64,000 nt of DNA, taken from the human T2T-CHM13v2.0 reference genome, Homo sapiens. Position 1 is the first letter of the stretch, and every line of letters begins with the position of its first letter. Positions 1 to 14,181 of the stretch are shown here, in pieces. The stretch is taken from the NCBI RefSeq assembly GCF_009914755.1, contig NC_060936.1; one strand, given 5' to 3'. A program made the translations under genes and the position numbers. The notes under the pieces were generated by a model that worked only from the letters and a program-made list of their open reading frames with translations, was not told where the DNA came from and made no database searches.

Positions 1-12
1 ACCTGCTAGTAA

Positions 13-825
13 GGCAGTATAGTATAGTGGGTAATTCAGAGTGCAGGTTTTGGGGTTAACTTACCTGGGTTTATACCCAGGCTCTGTCACTTACTGGCTG
101 GATGAGGTTAAAGAGAAGATTATTCATAACACTTGTTAAAGAATGGTAAGGAAGACTTTATGCAGGACTATCATAATAGGTGCAGAAACCACTGCAATGG
201 GGTTTTGCAGTAGGGGAGAGAGATTGGGTTCAACTCCTGATACAACAAAGAAAAGTAAGAATTTATAGCCAAGGAACAGGGTTGGGGAGGTGGTGGTCAG
301 TGCATGGAGAGTTACTAAGAGGAAACCTCAGGGGCAAGGGAGGATTCTGGCTGAACTGTCCTAACAGGACTCTTGTGGAAGGCAGGCCAGGATGATTCAG
401 ACATCATCTGGGGAAAGGTAGGGGATGAGGAATCTGATCAGATACTGAGGGTGATCAAATATCAAGGGTGATTCCAGTCAGATATTGAGGGTGATCAGAT
501 GTCAAGGGTGAGGAATTCTGGCTAAATTAAACAATTTAGCAGGATTCTTGCTAACATTGGACAATGTAGACATGAGCACAGAAACACCAAAGTCAAGGTG
601 TCGCTGGAAAAATGGTTCAGAGGAACCTGATTAGAATTTGGTTAAGATTAAGATCTTTGTCAGTAACTTTGCACAAGTTACTTAACCTCTCTGTGCCCCA
701 GTTTTGTCATCTTTAAAATGAGGCTAATGATACTATACAATCTTGTAGAGCTGTTGTGAGAATTGATGAAATAATGCATTGTGAAGCTGCTTAGCACAGT
801 GCTAAGCGTTCAAAAAATGCCAGCT
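13..825 (+). mobile_element. MIR SINE split in two (about 13-105 and 663-825) by an LTR insertion
   Basis: ...ctgggtt...ggctctgtcacttactggctg resumes as ...caagttacttaacctctctgtgccccagtttt...aaaatg, which is the MIR core. Confidence 0.8.
106..662 (-). mobile_element. MER31-family ERV1 solo LTR
   Basis: Minus strand starts TGACAAAGATC and carries the GATATCTGATCACCCTC-type internal repeats (441-510), a GGCTATAAAT TATA box and CCCAATCTCTCTCCCCTACTGCAAAACCCCATTGCAGTGG, matching the MER31 consensus as recalled. Confidence 0.8.
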
Positions 826-1842
826 AGCATGTTTCACATGACTATACTCTCAGACTTCTGGGTGGCCATATCAGAAAGCACTCATGTCCAGGAAAGGCCC
901 CTGGAGAGTTTCTTACTTTCTTCTGTGACCTTGGGTAATCCTCTAACTTTCAACAACTCACGTTTCCCCTTCTGAAGTGCAGACTATGCAGTTTATATTA
1001 CAAAATGGTTTTAGATGGAGATAGCATGCTACTTTGCAATGTAAAGTGTTTTAACCATAAATAATAGAGGTAAGGCCTCCCCTAAGAGATGTCGAGCTTC
1101 TCCTTGGAGATGGAGGAGGCTTCCCCTGAGTGAATAGCACACCTCCCCCGAGCATAGAGAAAGGCAAGTCACAGGAAACAGCTTGGGGAAAACAAATGAA
1201 AAAATATTGTTTGTGCCAGTGAGGGCCTGTGAAAGATGAATTCCTGACTAAACTTGTTAAGCAGATTAGGAGTGATGCTGTTCATAAATACATGCAGCCT
1301 TCCCTGAATAACTAAATAAAGCAATAAATTTGGGGTTTCAAATCTTGGCTGCTCCTCCTTATGAGTTCATGCTTCTTAGAACTCCAGCCAGGTGTTCGCA
1401 GTTTGGATGTAAGATGGCTTCATTAACATACAAGTATGCAAAGAAGCCATTGGAAGAGTTCTGAAAGATGTTGTTTGCTCTAGTTTTGATGTGTTTTGGA
1501 TATCTCTTCATGTTGGTACACAGGGGTCCTATGTTAGTGTCTAACTAGCAAAGTTTAAAAGTTCTCTGTAATAAAACAAGGGGATGTACCTTAAAATGAC
1601 ATGCTTTAGAAACATTTAATTGTTTAGCTCTCACAAAAACTTTTTTTTTTTGGCTGTTCACTTTTTCCTCTTTCAAATCTAATTAAAGAGTCTTAGTTCT
1701 TCCAAGAAAAAAGCCAACGGTATAATAGGCAAGGTAAGGGCATTGGATTTTGCTTCTTTGGAAAGATGTTCTAGCAAAGGCACACTCTTATTGTATTCCT
1801 ACTAAATATCTTTTCCACAGCGCTGATAGAGTCAGTTATGGC

Positions 1843-2075
1843 CCATTCATTTATTCATTAAGTAATATTTACTGAGCAACTACTATGTGTCAGGACTTAG
1901 TTAATTCAATTGTTAAACACTAGTCCTACTTTTGGGGAGCTTGCAGTCTACCGAGGGATATAGATAAGTGAACAGGGACTTTATAGCTTGTGAAGGCAAA
2001 GATAGAAGAAGGCGGGCACTCACATCAGGTTCAAGGAGCAAGATGGCTGATCAAAGGTGGCTTCCTGAGGGGAGG
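1843..2075 (-). mobile_element. L2 LINE 3' fragment
   Basis: cattcatttattcatt...tatttactgagcaactactatgtgtcagg is the reverse complement of the L2 3' end. Confidence 0.6.
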
Positions 2076-5000
2076 CTTCTCTCAGCAGTCAAATTGGTAA
2101 ATTTTAATTTGCTGTTACATATGCTTACTGGTAGAATAGATGTTAATACTTCAGGAAACTTTTGCATCTAATGGGCTATCTCTACCTTGGAAAACTCCTT
2201 AGATTGAGATTCAGAAACCGTTGACCTGTAATTAAGCCCATGCTTGCCTAATCAGAATGTAATTTCTTTGCAGAATCAGAATCCTGAGATGGGATGAGTC
2301 AGCCACACAGATAATGCTGTTCCTTATTGTCCCAGGGCAGGGAATCTTAACCTGAGTTATAGCTCTTACGTTTATTTAGCATCTGACATATGTTCATTCA
2401 TGTGAGTCTCACAATGGCACTTCAAGGGAGGCAGGACTCATATTGTCCCTTAACACAGTCCTGGTATTCATTCACATGATGCTGCACACACATTCGGTGC
2501 TTAATACAATTTTGGTGAGGAAAGGAATCCCCATTTTATAGGTGAATAAAGGGAGGCTCAGACAAATTAAATGTTGTGTGTAAGACCATAATGCAGAATA
2601 ATGGCAGGGACTGAGCCATTAGTTTTCTGAGTCCTGGGTCCAGTCTAGCAAACTACTTCTCAGGAGTTTAGGGTGTTAGGGTAAGTTGTGACCAAGTGAG
2701 ACAGCAGAAGCCCTTGTTCATTGTCCTGGAGAGCCAATTTGTTGCTACAAAGTGGATTTCAGGGTCTTTAAATCATGCAATCCTCTAAAAAAGGGATTAC
2801 AAAGCAGCATCTTCTGGTCTGGCTAATATCTGAGCAGTGTGCATGTGTGTGTGTGTGTATGCCTGCATCTTGCTTATAGTGTAAAAAATTACCTATATTT
2901 ACACATCAGAGGATATCACATGACATCCAGATTCTTAGCTTCTCTCAAAAACAAAAACAGAAACAAAAACAAAACCAGCTTCTCTGGCAGTCAGATTGCT
3001 TTATACCAGTGGCCAATTGATCAGAGCTGAGTTGCTGTTGTTCCCTTAGATGGGGTTCATGATCCTCCCCTGGGAAGTGGAACTTCATCTTCAATCACCT
3101 GCCTGTCCTGCCTCTACTGATTGATTAGGGGAAGGGAAAGAGAAGAGAGGGATTGTCATTCTAAGCTTGGGATTGTCATTCTGGCTACCAGCTCTCTTGG
3201 TAGCCAAAGCCAGAGAGTAAGTTGGCAAAATAACTTACCATGAGACACTAGAAATATTTCAAGTCATCATCCTTTATTGTCTCATGAATTTTCACTATCC
3301 TTTACCAAATTAATTTTGTGTCCATCAAATAATGCAAACATAAGTAGAATGCTGTAATATTACATAGTATTTTGTTTTGTGCTTTGTAATATGGCTTTTT
3401 AATAGAGACACAACTTACTATATTTCTAAACTAGCCTCATTGATTGTAATCTCAGCTCTCTTGAGCAGTGCTAGTTGGAGTGCCATTTCCAAATGGTGAG
3501 ACTAAGAAAACTAGTCTTCCTTTTGTGACTTGTTTGTAGTGTGTGTTCTTCATTGGCTTTCAACAGTCCTGTGTTATGTTTCTTAGGATATCCAGGAGTC
3601 ACAAAGGAAATGAAGGCACCTGCCCCAGGGCAGGACATGGCAGAATGGCTGCAGGAAAGCTAGACAGACCCCTGTCTTTTCTGGCACACACCAAGCTCAA
3701 CTATCAAGAACACGATGTAAACATCAATTCTGGGGGCCTGTAATGTTCAGTCACTCTGGGGACAGAAGGAAGATAGTGTGGTATGGTAAAAACAGCACAG
3801 TCTTTGGGGGTTAGGCACACTTGATTCCAATCTACTTCTATTGCCCTTAAATTTGCAGAAGTTACTCAAGCTCCATGTCAGTTTCCCCATGTTTGAAATG
3901 GGGGATTTAGCACTGGCAAATAATAAAACTTCAATAAGTAGTAGTTATTTTATTTTCTCCATTTTACACACAGGGAACCTAAAACTCAGAATGGTTAGAT
4001 AACGTCTCCAAGGTCAAGTAAATGGCAGAGCATGCCCTTGAACCTTGGTCTCTCACTCCAAAGTCAATGCTCAAACTACCACATTACATCACTTTCGTAA
4101 TGTCTGCCTCTCAGGGTTGTTGTGAACATGATGTAAAGTGCTTAACAGTGTGTCTGGTGGAGTGCAGGCTTCAGTAACTGGCAGTGATTATTATGAGAGA
4201 TAGGTGAGCTCAACTGAGCTTAAATGCCTTCTAGAAGTTCAATTACTAAAAGACCCTCAATGTGACGGGGACCCCAGCTCAAAGGTATATCTTTTCAGCC
4301 CCATTTACACATATAGATGCTTGGTGTCATCTCTGAGTATGAGAGATGATGATGCTAGTGGTGATGGTTAGTGACTAGAAAAGAAACATGACTTCATTAA
4401 TAAAAACTTAAAATAGAAGACTGCTCAGTGCAATGGAGTGGCAAGAATGACTCTCCCTGCCAAACATACCTTTCTCGTCAGTTTTCAGACATGAAATCAT
4501 CTTCCAGGATTCTCTGTCTTGCCTGGAAAGAAATAGGCGAGAAAGTGCAAGCTCCTTAGACCTAATGTCTAGGAGGGTGTTGCTTTTAGTAATGCAGGAA
4601 TAAAAATAAAATGACCCTCTAAAAGGCAGTGGTGACTACCCACAGCTCATGTGGGAGTCAGTAAAAACCTCATTTTTCATACTAGCATTCGAGAGCTGAC
4701 CTTTAAAATCACCACATCTGGGGAGAATGTGTGATTTGATGCAGAACATTTTAGGGCATGCCAAAGGATGAATGGCTGAGAGTGCGCTCATCAGTTTTCT
4801 TCTGTTTCAAGGAGCTCAGAATTGCTTAGATTATAAAAATCAGTTCCTGGGCACTGCCAAAGCTATAGCATTTGCATAAGCAGGTCTTCTGTGCAAAGTA
4901 GATTAAGCACATATATAAATGGAATGCTGATCCATGCACCTGATATGAAAATGATGTGTACCTGTGTGTGTGTGTCCATGTCCTCACAGTGAAGTTTAGC

Positions 5001-6004
5001 TATTTCAAGGTAGCTAGTTATGTAAGTTCAGCAAAGGGTCATTTGGAAAAAGATAGAACTGCTTTAAAAGAAGAGCCAAACTCTGTCAATTGCTTTGTTA
5101 TGGAGATGTTGCACTGAGGCTCATGCACTATTTCTAAGGTCCAATGAGTGAGACTGCTGAATATAAAACTAGCTTTTGATTTGTGAAAGGCAAAATACCT
5201 GCAGGTCCAGAAGGAATAAAATATGCCTGTTTGTATTAATAAAACCAATTTTTAAAGAGCCATGGAATTTTGTAAAAAATAGAATTGGATGGATGGACAT
5301 CTCACAGATTCATCTCCAAGAAAAAATAGCATCTCTCTGATCTTGTGTTTCATCATCTGCTAAATGAAGGTCTGGGCAGTGATGCTGATAGAAATTCCCT
5401 GTAGCTGCTAATTCTGAGCAGGTTGGGCTGTGAGGCACTTTGGAGCTTGGATCTGTTACAAACTCGTCCATTCTCTAGCATTTTCCCTGGCAAGTCTCCA
5501 GTTGGCTACAACCTTCAAAAGCAGCAAACTGAAAAACTTTCCCCCTGACATTTTTGGATGAGAATCCAGATGTCAGAATCAATGGGTCTTCAGAGTTGCT
5601 ACTTGTAATGAAGGAGACCAGAGACCACTTAACTACAAAACTGCTGCCTAACTTCTATAGGAGCTACCTGCCAACCAACCTTCATCCATGCTCCAAAAGG
5701 CCTGTGGTGTCTTAGGGCCTGACTGTGGCAAGGAGGCTGGTTCCACCCTTCCTCACTGACTTGGGGACCACTGGCTATTGCTTAAAGGGAGTAGAGAGAG
5801 AGGTCAAAGAGCAGACCTATTTCTAAACCTATAAGTGAAAACCACTTTGATGGCTACTGTAGACTTTTACAAAGTCTGTAATACTGGAAAATTGGCTGAG
5901 GTTAGTAATGACTCACTCAGAAGGCTGACATTGACTCTGTTGGTATGGCCTGCAGGGCAACTCTTCTTGCTTATCTATTTCCTCCCTCCTTCTCTTCCTT
6001 TCTT

Positions 6005-6505
6005 TCTACCTTAACTATTTGCTGAGTACCTTCCGCATGTCAGGCAGGATGATAGAGAGCAGGAATTCAACAACAACAACAACAACAACAATAACAACAA
6101 CAACAACAAAAGTCAGACCCTCTTCCTGATTCCAGGAAGCTCAGGGTCTAGTGGAGAGGACAGGCAGGAAGACTGGCAGTTTCTGTGTGGATTCGTATGG
6201 GCTACACTGGGGAAGGGAGGAGGGCCACCTAACCTGCCAGATGGACACGAATCAGACGAAGGGGCTCGGCAATGACAAGAGCATTCCAAGCAGAGAGAAC
6301 ACAGTGTGCAAAGGCCCAGGTGGAATCTGCAAAGAGCAGGATCAGTCTGTGCAATTGCCACTAGTTCCCCATGGGGTGGACAATTGGGAGGAAGACGGTG
6401 GAGCAATGAAGGTTGAGAGAAAGCGATGGCTAGACCATGGAGGGCCTTTTCTGCCACATAAAGAAGTTTGGACTTTTACTCTAGAGCAATGAGACCATGA
6501 AGGTT
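6005..6505 (-). mobile_element. L2 fragment containing a (CAA)n tract
   Basis: tatttgctgagtacc...tgtcagg, cattccaagcagagagaacacagtgtgcaaaggcc and aagaagtttggacttttactct are L2-like. Confidence 0.65.
6068..6109 (+). repeat. (CAA)n trinucleotide microsatellite, about 14 units with one TAA interruption
   Basis: Seen directly in the sequence. Confidence 0.95.
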
Positions 6506-8262
6506 TGTCATTGGGCTACCAGATGGTTGTCATGACCTACCATTGAGTCTTGGAGATGGGAGTATCTTAGATGGATCTTGCCAGAGTTTTAAGTGTGGGC
6601 CAACTCCTTGGGTGGCACCAATGTCAGATGAATGCATGACATTCCCGTTAGTCCTTAAGTGAAAGGAAGAGATTGGGGTATATTTCTTTTTTCTTCTTTT
6701 TTTTTATTTTGGAAAATACCATTAAAGGCTGGTATAGGAAGTAGTGTTAAATAAGAAGTCAGGTGGCCTTCTTTGCAGTTGAAAATGCTCCCAGATAAGC
6801 TGAGGAAGGGGCAATAAAACTGAAATGGCCAGAGTACACTTAAACACAATCACCCATTTATTCTTGAAAGCAACCCAAAAGATATAGGAAACAATAGTTA
6901 AGAAACACACAGAAAAATTCAGACTAAAACAGTGCTGCTGAAAATCACCTATGTCGACATATTCTTCAATAAAAGTTGTTTTCTGCTGACACTTTTTTTT
7001 TCTTCCACGGATGTCCCTCTTATATTTGATGATCAATTTTCCACAAGGTTTGCCATAATGTTTCCTCAGAGCTTAGGTTTTTACATTTTAATTCATTCGA
7101 TGGCTGTTCTTAACCTAAGACAATGTATGCTGTTTTCACAATTCAGTGTCATCTTTTTCTAGCTGACAAGATGTTTCTCAAATCCCAACTCTTCTCTTTT
7201 CTCCACATGTTTTTCCCTCTCTTGCTTTGAGGAGAATCACTGGTAAAAGAGGCCATCTCTGCCGGTCTCAGTGTAGCCTGTGATCTGGTACATTCTGTAA
7301 TTTGACTGACCTCCACCTTCCTATGATGTGCCTTTTGGGTTCCCTGAAATCACCCCCATCCCTCCCAATACCTCAGGCCAGTGTCCTAGACCATTTACTT
7401 TTTCCAATAACTTCTCTTCTTGCAGTCCTTCTAAGATCCCATTTCTCCTTCAAAATTTGACACAAGCTTCATATTATTCACATCCTGAGACAGATAAGCA
7501 AAGATGAATTCAAGATTGAATGAGATGTTTGTGGTAGGAGTAAAAACAGGAGAGATTTATTATTATCATTAGTCTCTCTGTATCCCTATCGTGCCTTTCT
7601 TGAGCAGAGAGACCATCTCTTTAGCTACCTTTGTCATCTCAACTAGAGCTTAGCACAGTGGAATTTAGTACATTTAATTTAAAAAATGTGATTTGATGAA
7701 GTTGTGACCTACTGATCGCTATGGACCAGCCCTAATGTCTTCCAGCTCTAAGTTTCTAGCATTTTTTACACTCTAGCTGGGGTAGGTGGTAAAGGGGTGA
7801 GAGTGGGAGGGGACCCTGAGGGGTCTTCACCTTTCCAACAGCTTTGCTATGAAACCCAGTGAATGGTGGGTTTCGTTGAGAGGCTCGAAGAGAGTATATG
7901 GTAAAATATGAGAATAGAAATCTAGGTGTAGCTGCAGTCGTGAAAGGCATTTGGACCAGTGGTACTTGGAATTTATATGATGACTGCCTCCCAAATCTGT
8001 GAATGCTTGATTAGTGGCTTCCTATTGCCAAAGGGAGGCTTCAAGATGTGACATGAGTGGCTTGTGATTACAGAGCAGCTGCAGCCCCAGGATTGCACAG
8101 AACCATGTTAGTGAGGACTAGAACTCTGGACCAGCCCTAACATCTTCCATCTCGAAGTTTCTAGCATTTTTACCCTCTTAATTTACATTTTACATAGGAC
8201 TAGCCCAGGGCAAAATAATAAAGCATGCAAAAACCTATTTTCTGCTATCTCTTGAAGCCTAG

Positions 8263-8637
<375 letters not shown>

Positions 8638-9159
8638 TAGTTGTTGATGCCTTAGTGTGATTTGGCTTTATGTGTGATTCTTAGGAGTATTTGGAGTTTA
8701 AATGATTGAAGAAACAACAAAAATTGATGTCTGGTGGGAGGTTTGGATGAACGATGTTGGGATAGATATTTCAGAGGCAGTGGGACCTCCATAGTTTAAG
8801 CAATGCAGCCTCTGTTTTCACTTTTGGTTCCCAACGTTGATTTTTATTGCCTTAAAACCTCTATTCCAAAGCTTTTTGTTTAGCTATGAAGCCTCATTCT
8901 TATTTCAGTACTATTGTCATTTGCAATTTAATCAAGATTAAGGAATCTTGGCTAAAGGTGGGAAAACACTTGCTGCTTGTAAACTGACATTTTGATATAG
9001 CAAAATTCCAACTCTAGTAGCTAGGGTAGGTGGTAAAGGGGTAAGTGGGAGCAGACCTTGAGGGGCCTTTACCTTTCAACAACTTTGTAAGTGTATACAT
9101 TGACATACTAGTTGTCTTCTCAAAAACTAGATGGAAAAATGTTAGTAAAAACACTGTGA

Positions 9160-9514
<355 letters not shown>

Positions 9515-11013
9515 TTATGTGTTTTTATCTGCACTTAACCAAAGCTACAGCCGCTGATGTTAGAACATCTTTGAGTGACAGTCTTCTTTTCTGAGATTTA
9601 TCTTTTTGTTATGACTTGGGCCCCTAACAGCACAGATGCTTGCTAGACTTGCATCTGAAAGGACCCTGGAATTCCCAGCTTTATAGACATTGAGCCTTTA
9701 TTTGCTAGATCATGAAGAAGTGGCAGTGGTGGGGAGGGTGCGGGGGATGAAACCTAGAAAGAGATGGGGCAGTGTCAGTGGCTGGGGTCATGGGGAGCAT
9801 AAGGTGATAGCTACTTACACTCATCCTGGAAATATTTCAGTATTTCAACAACAGGAATGGCTGTGCCAGTGTGACTGACTGATAGTGGCCTTGTACCTAT
9901 AAGTGCAGTTACTGATAAGAAAAGAATGCTGGATTTGTAGATGGGAAACTTGTGCATGATTCCTAGCTCTGGCAACCACTAGTTTTGGAACCGGGCAAAC
10001 CACTTGAACTTTGAGTCTCAGTATTCCCATCTATAAAATGGAAATAATAAGTGCTCTATCTACTTCACAATGGGCAGTAAGATAACATATGTGAGAACAC
10101 TTTATTAAATGAGGAAGCCTTCTTCTGGTTGAGTTTACCTATTATTTTCATATTTCTATATAATTGATGAATTATACAGTTCTTTAGTGATAACATCAAT
10201 ATGGAGCGTTTATTTACTCAAACACCAAATATTGTATTGATGAACTTTTTGGGTTGGGCTGCTTTTTGGACATATTTTTCTTGTTCCCCTTCTAAGTGAG
10301 GGTGTGGGTTTGGAAGCTACGTAACTAAGCTTTGTTAGAACTGTGTACAAGATAAAGATAACTAGGGTCTGAGGACCTGAGGGAGTATCTTATAAGTGAA
10401 GTACACCAAATTTAGCCTATAACTTTTTGTTATGTTTGGCACATCTCAAACCAATCTCAAATCCATCTTAAAAGGGCCCTTTTAAGTTCTCTTTGATAAC
10501 TTCTTGCTTCCTGCCTATGTGCTAGATATATAGTTAATGGAATTCTAGATGTGGAATGATGTATGTGATTATTTTAAAATATATGCTACCAATATGCAAG
10601 ATCAAATTTTTAGGGAAGGCGATAGGGAAAATATATCACTCAGTCACTTCCTCACTTGCTTACTCAGGAATTTATTTCTTAAATGATGTGTGTAAGCCAA
10701 TATCCTGGAGGAAGTGAAAGAAGTAGGCAACTCGGGCTTCCTCCTAGAAGTTTATATGTATCATTTTAATCTAATTTATGAACATTCAAGGACCCTCAGG
10801 AAGAGGCTATGTAATTATTTCAAGGAGGGATGCAGAGGGAGTGAGAGGAGGGAGGCAAAAAGGCCCTTCAGTAGGGAAATGGGAATAGTAAATTTCTTTC
10901 CCATCAAGTGTTCTTTGACAAAGTCATACATCTCTTTAATTGTGACCTTAGCAAGAACTTCAGGTGCCTAATGCCAAACATAAGAAGGGTTTTGCATAGA
11001 GTGCTTTTATAAA

Positions 11014-11027
11014 TCACCAGGTGGCAC
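11014..11027 (+). promoter_or_regulatory. Candidate CTCF core motif in intron 8
   Basis: TCACCAGGTGGCAC matches 13 of 14 positions of CCASYAGRKGGCRS. Motif only; no binding evidence. Confidence 0.4.
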
Positions 11028-13074
11028 CATTACATATTTTATTGGTGTGATTCTGTGTCTGTGGACTTGGTCCCTTCAAGCTTTTGCCACTGCCCATTTG
11101 GCTAGGCCCGAACTGCTGCGAGAATGGTGTACTACCAGTAGTGATCTGAAGATGGCAGCATTGGGCGACCTATCTCATTTTCCTAAGCACACTCACTGCA
11201 GCTCGGGTCGACAGCGTGTTTGGATTTCAGATTGTCACTCAGACTTTCTTCTGCTTAATGACTGCATGTATGTAAATGCCTCTGCTATTCTTCCATAAAA
11301 GAGGTCTGAGCTATCATTTCTGTTTTGTTTTTTAATGATTATATGTAATTATATCCAAATAAAATATTTATAAATAATTACATGTCATTAATAGTATGTA
11401 AAATTTGGAATTCATGAACACCAGCTTTGATGAAAGATACCCTTCAATTTGGGAGGTGTTAGTCTTAGTATTATTATTTGTTTCTGTTTAAAAGACATTA
11501 GTGGCCAAGAATCTGCAATTTTCTTTTACAGGTGTTCTTACAAGTCTCAGCATATTTTTATTTTTTTGTTTTCTTGATAATAGGTAGGATTATTCATTTG
11601 GTAAATCTCTAGGGAATATATTATAGATCCACATCTGGAGAATTATCTGAGGAAACCAAATTATATTTTCTTAAACGTTCATGAAGCAATTAGTTATCCT
11701 CAACTTCTGAAGGGTCTTCAAGGGGTCATCGAGTGCAACTCTAAGTAGGCTTTGCATTTAAAACCAGACTGTAGCAATCAATGTGTGGTTGCCCTCTCCT
11801 CTTGATTAGTGATCATGCCCTATGCATTCTGAGGTCTTCACCAGTATTGAAAACAGAAAGAGAAAAATTATCCTGAGCAAGTTTGTGATTCAAATTTTGC
11901 TAATAACTTAATTTCAGATGCAACTTACCATTTCTCTTTATCTCTTAACAACACATGGAGCTGCAAATAGAAAACTGTCTCAGACTAAAAGGTCTAATTC
12001 TCTAAACAGAATGGGCTGTAGAAACAGCATTTAGGGACCTTCCTTGGTTGAGGACAGCAGGAAACCAAAGGGAAAGGTAGATAGGGAATGAGCAGATGGC
12101 ACTATGTAAGGCCAGAGTTTCTGGAAGGACTCCCAGATGAGGTCTGGGGCCAGAGAGCATTCTAAGTGATGGGAAGGAAGAGCACAGGGGCTCTTTTCCT
12201 CTGAGGTTGCTCTGATTCTAGAAGCACATTAACCAAAGACACACTGGGTGAGAGATTTATCTTTGAATCTTTAGTTGTATTGATGCAGACCTACCTTTTA
12301 ATTCCTACCTTAAACTAGGATGGTTTGCCAAATCTGTGTGAAGACTGTGTCTATGGCACACCAGATTTTTTCAGAGGCTCTCTTAGCGTGTTTTGGTTCA
12401 GATCATAAATGTGACCATGAATTATGTATGCATTGATTCAGCATAAAAAAATTAAACATGTGCTTAATAGGCTGACCCAAACTCTCCTGTAGCTGGCTCT
12501 GAACGTGTATTTTGGATGCTTTTGAATTTGATAGCACATTTTTTCCACGAGCTCTTCTATATTCAATGTTAAGGCTCCAAGGATTTCGTGTCAGGTGTTG
12601 TAAGTGCAACATAAATTAGGAAAATCAGCCAAAGGCACACTAAGAAGATACTGTGACATTCTAGTTTTCCTCCATTTTAGACTTTTAGTTCTCCATTATT
12701 TGGTTGTGAAGGAAAATTATGCATCTATTAATTTTTTATCTAGAAACTTTAAAATGTGACAGATGTTGATGTCAAGCTCCTTAAAATCCTGAGCTCTAGA
12801 TCTCTTAAATGTCACCGTCTAGACTGCTCCTGGGTAAATCACTTCATCTTCCTCAACTTGAATTTTCCTTTTGGTAAAATAGGAGAGCTGAACGTCCTGG
12901 ATACTTCCAAGCCTTTGTGCTTTATTCTATGACTGTATGATTACTTCCCTTCATTGCACCCAGAATTATGCAAATTTTTTAGAGGATATACTTGGAGGCT
13001 GTATTTTAGCTTTCTAACATGTATTTACATTATTTATCTTGGTTCTTCTCCTAAGGGCTCTGCGATATTTACTT

Positions 13075-13750
13075 CTCCCAACCCCCTGCCATCCCTAGCC
13101 CAAGTCATACTCGTGTTCACTCACCACTCTTGTGTGCCACTGCCATCTAGCTGGTCTGTTTCCACTCACTTTTGCTCCCCTACAATCTATTTTCCATGCA
13201 GTACCTCCATGACCTTTTGAAAGCTAAGTTAGTACATATCTTTCTCCTGCCTAAAACCCTCCAGCAACTTCCCATTGCTCTTGGAAATAAAAATCTATTC
13301 CTGCCTCAGGGTCTTTGCACTTGCTGTCCCCCCTTCTAGGAACATCATTTTCTCTATATCCTTGCACAGCTGCCTTTTTAATTTCTTAATGAAAAGCTGC
13401 TTTTAAAGCTGTTTGCAGCTTAAACAATACCCCTTCACTGAAGCTGTCTCTGACCCTTTTTCTAAAATAGTCACATTCCCTGCTTAATATTTGACATATT
13501 ATATGGTTTTGTTATACATAGAATGTATTCCACCTGACATTATCTGGCTATTGATTTTAGTTTTTGTTATTGCCTGTCTCATCCCAGTAGCATATATGCT
13601 TCATGGGATCACAGGCTTTGTTGCCTTGTTCATTGCATATCCTTAGCATCTAGGGCAGAGTCTGGCATGTAATAGTTGCTCAAGAAGTATTTGTAGAATA
13701 GGTGAATGAATGAGTGGATGGATGTCACAGAATAGATGAATGAATGGATG
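13075..13750 (+). mobile_element. L2a-like 3' fragment
   Basis: ctcagggtctttgcacttgctgt ... ctggcatgtaatagttgctcaagaagtatttgtagaat...gaatgaatg tail. Confidence 0.75.
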
Positions 13751-13971
13751 GATCGATGTCACAGGCAGGAAAACTACAACCCCGGGGTTGGAGTCACATA
13801 GCTAATGAGAAGCAGGGCTCAGACTAGAACTTGGATCCCTTTGTGTGTTTCTTTCTTCCAGGTCATTCTGCCACATGCCAGCTTAACTTAGAGATCATTA
13901 ATTCATTTACTGTTTATTTATTAATCCAGTGCTTATTGAGCTCTTGTTATCTTTCAGACAATAGTCTAGAT

Positions 13972-14181
13972 CAGTTGTTCTCAACCAAGGATGATGTTGC
14001 TCTTCTGGGAACATTTGCCAATGTCTGAAGACATTTTTGGTTGTTACAAAGGGGGTGGGAGTGCTACTGGCACCTAGTTAGTAGAGGCTAGAGATGCTGC
14101 TAAACATCCTACCATGTACAGGACAGACTCCCACAATTATGTAGCCTAAAATGTCAATAGTGCTGACTTTGGAAAACCTTG
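13972..14181 (+). mobile_element. MER20 (hAT-Charlie) inserted in an antisense L2 relic
   Basis: cagttgttctcaacc...acatttgccaatgtctgaagacatttttggttgt...gatgctgctaaacatcctac...aaatgtcaatagtgc; degenerate 8-bp TSD gtctagat/tcctaaat. Confidence 0.9.

Noticed and set aside
441-510. Short spaced direct repeats as a CRISPR-like or novel array
   Set aside because: They are the internal repeats of the MER31 LTR in mammalian DNA, with no unique spacers and no cas genes.
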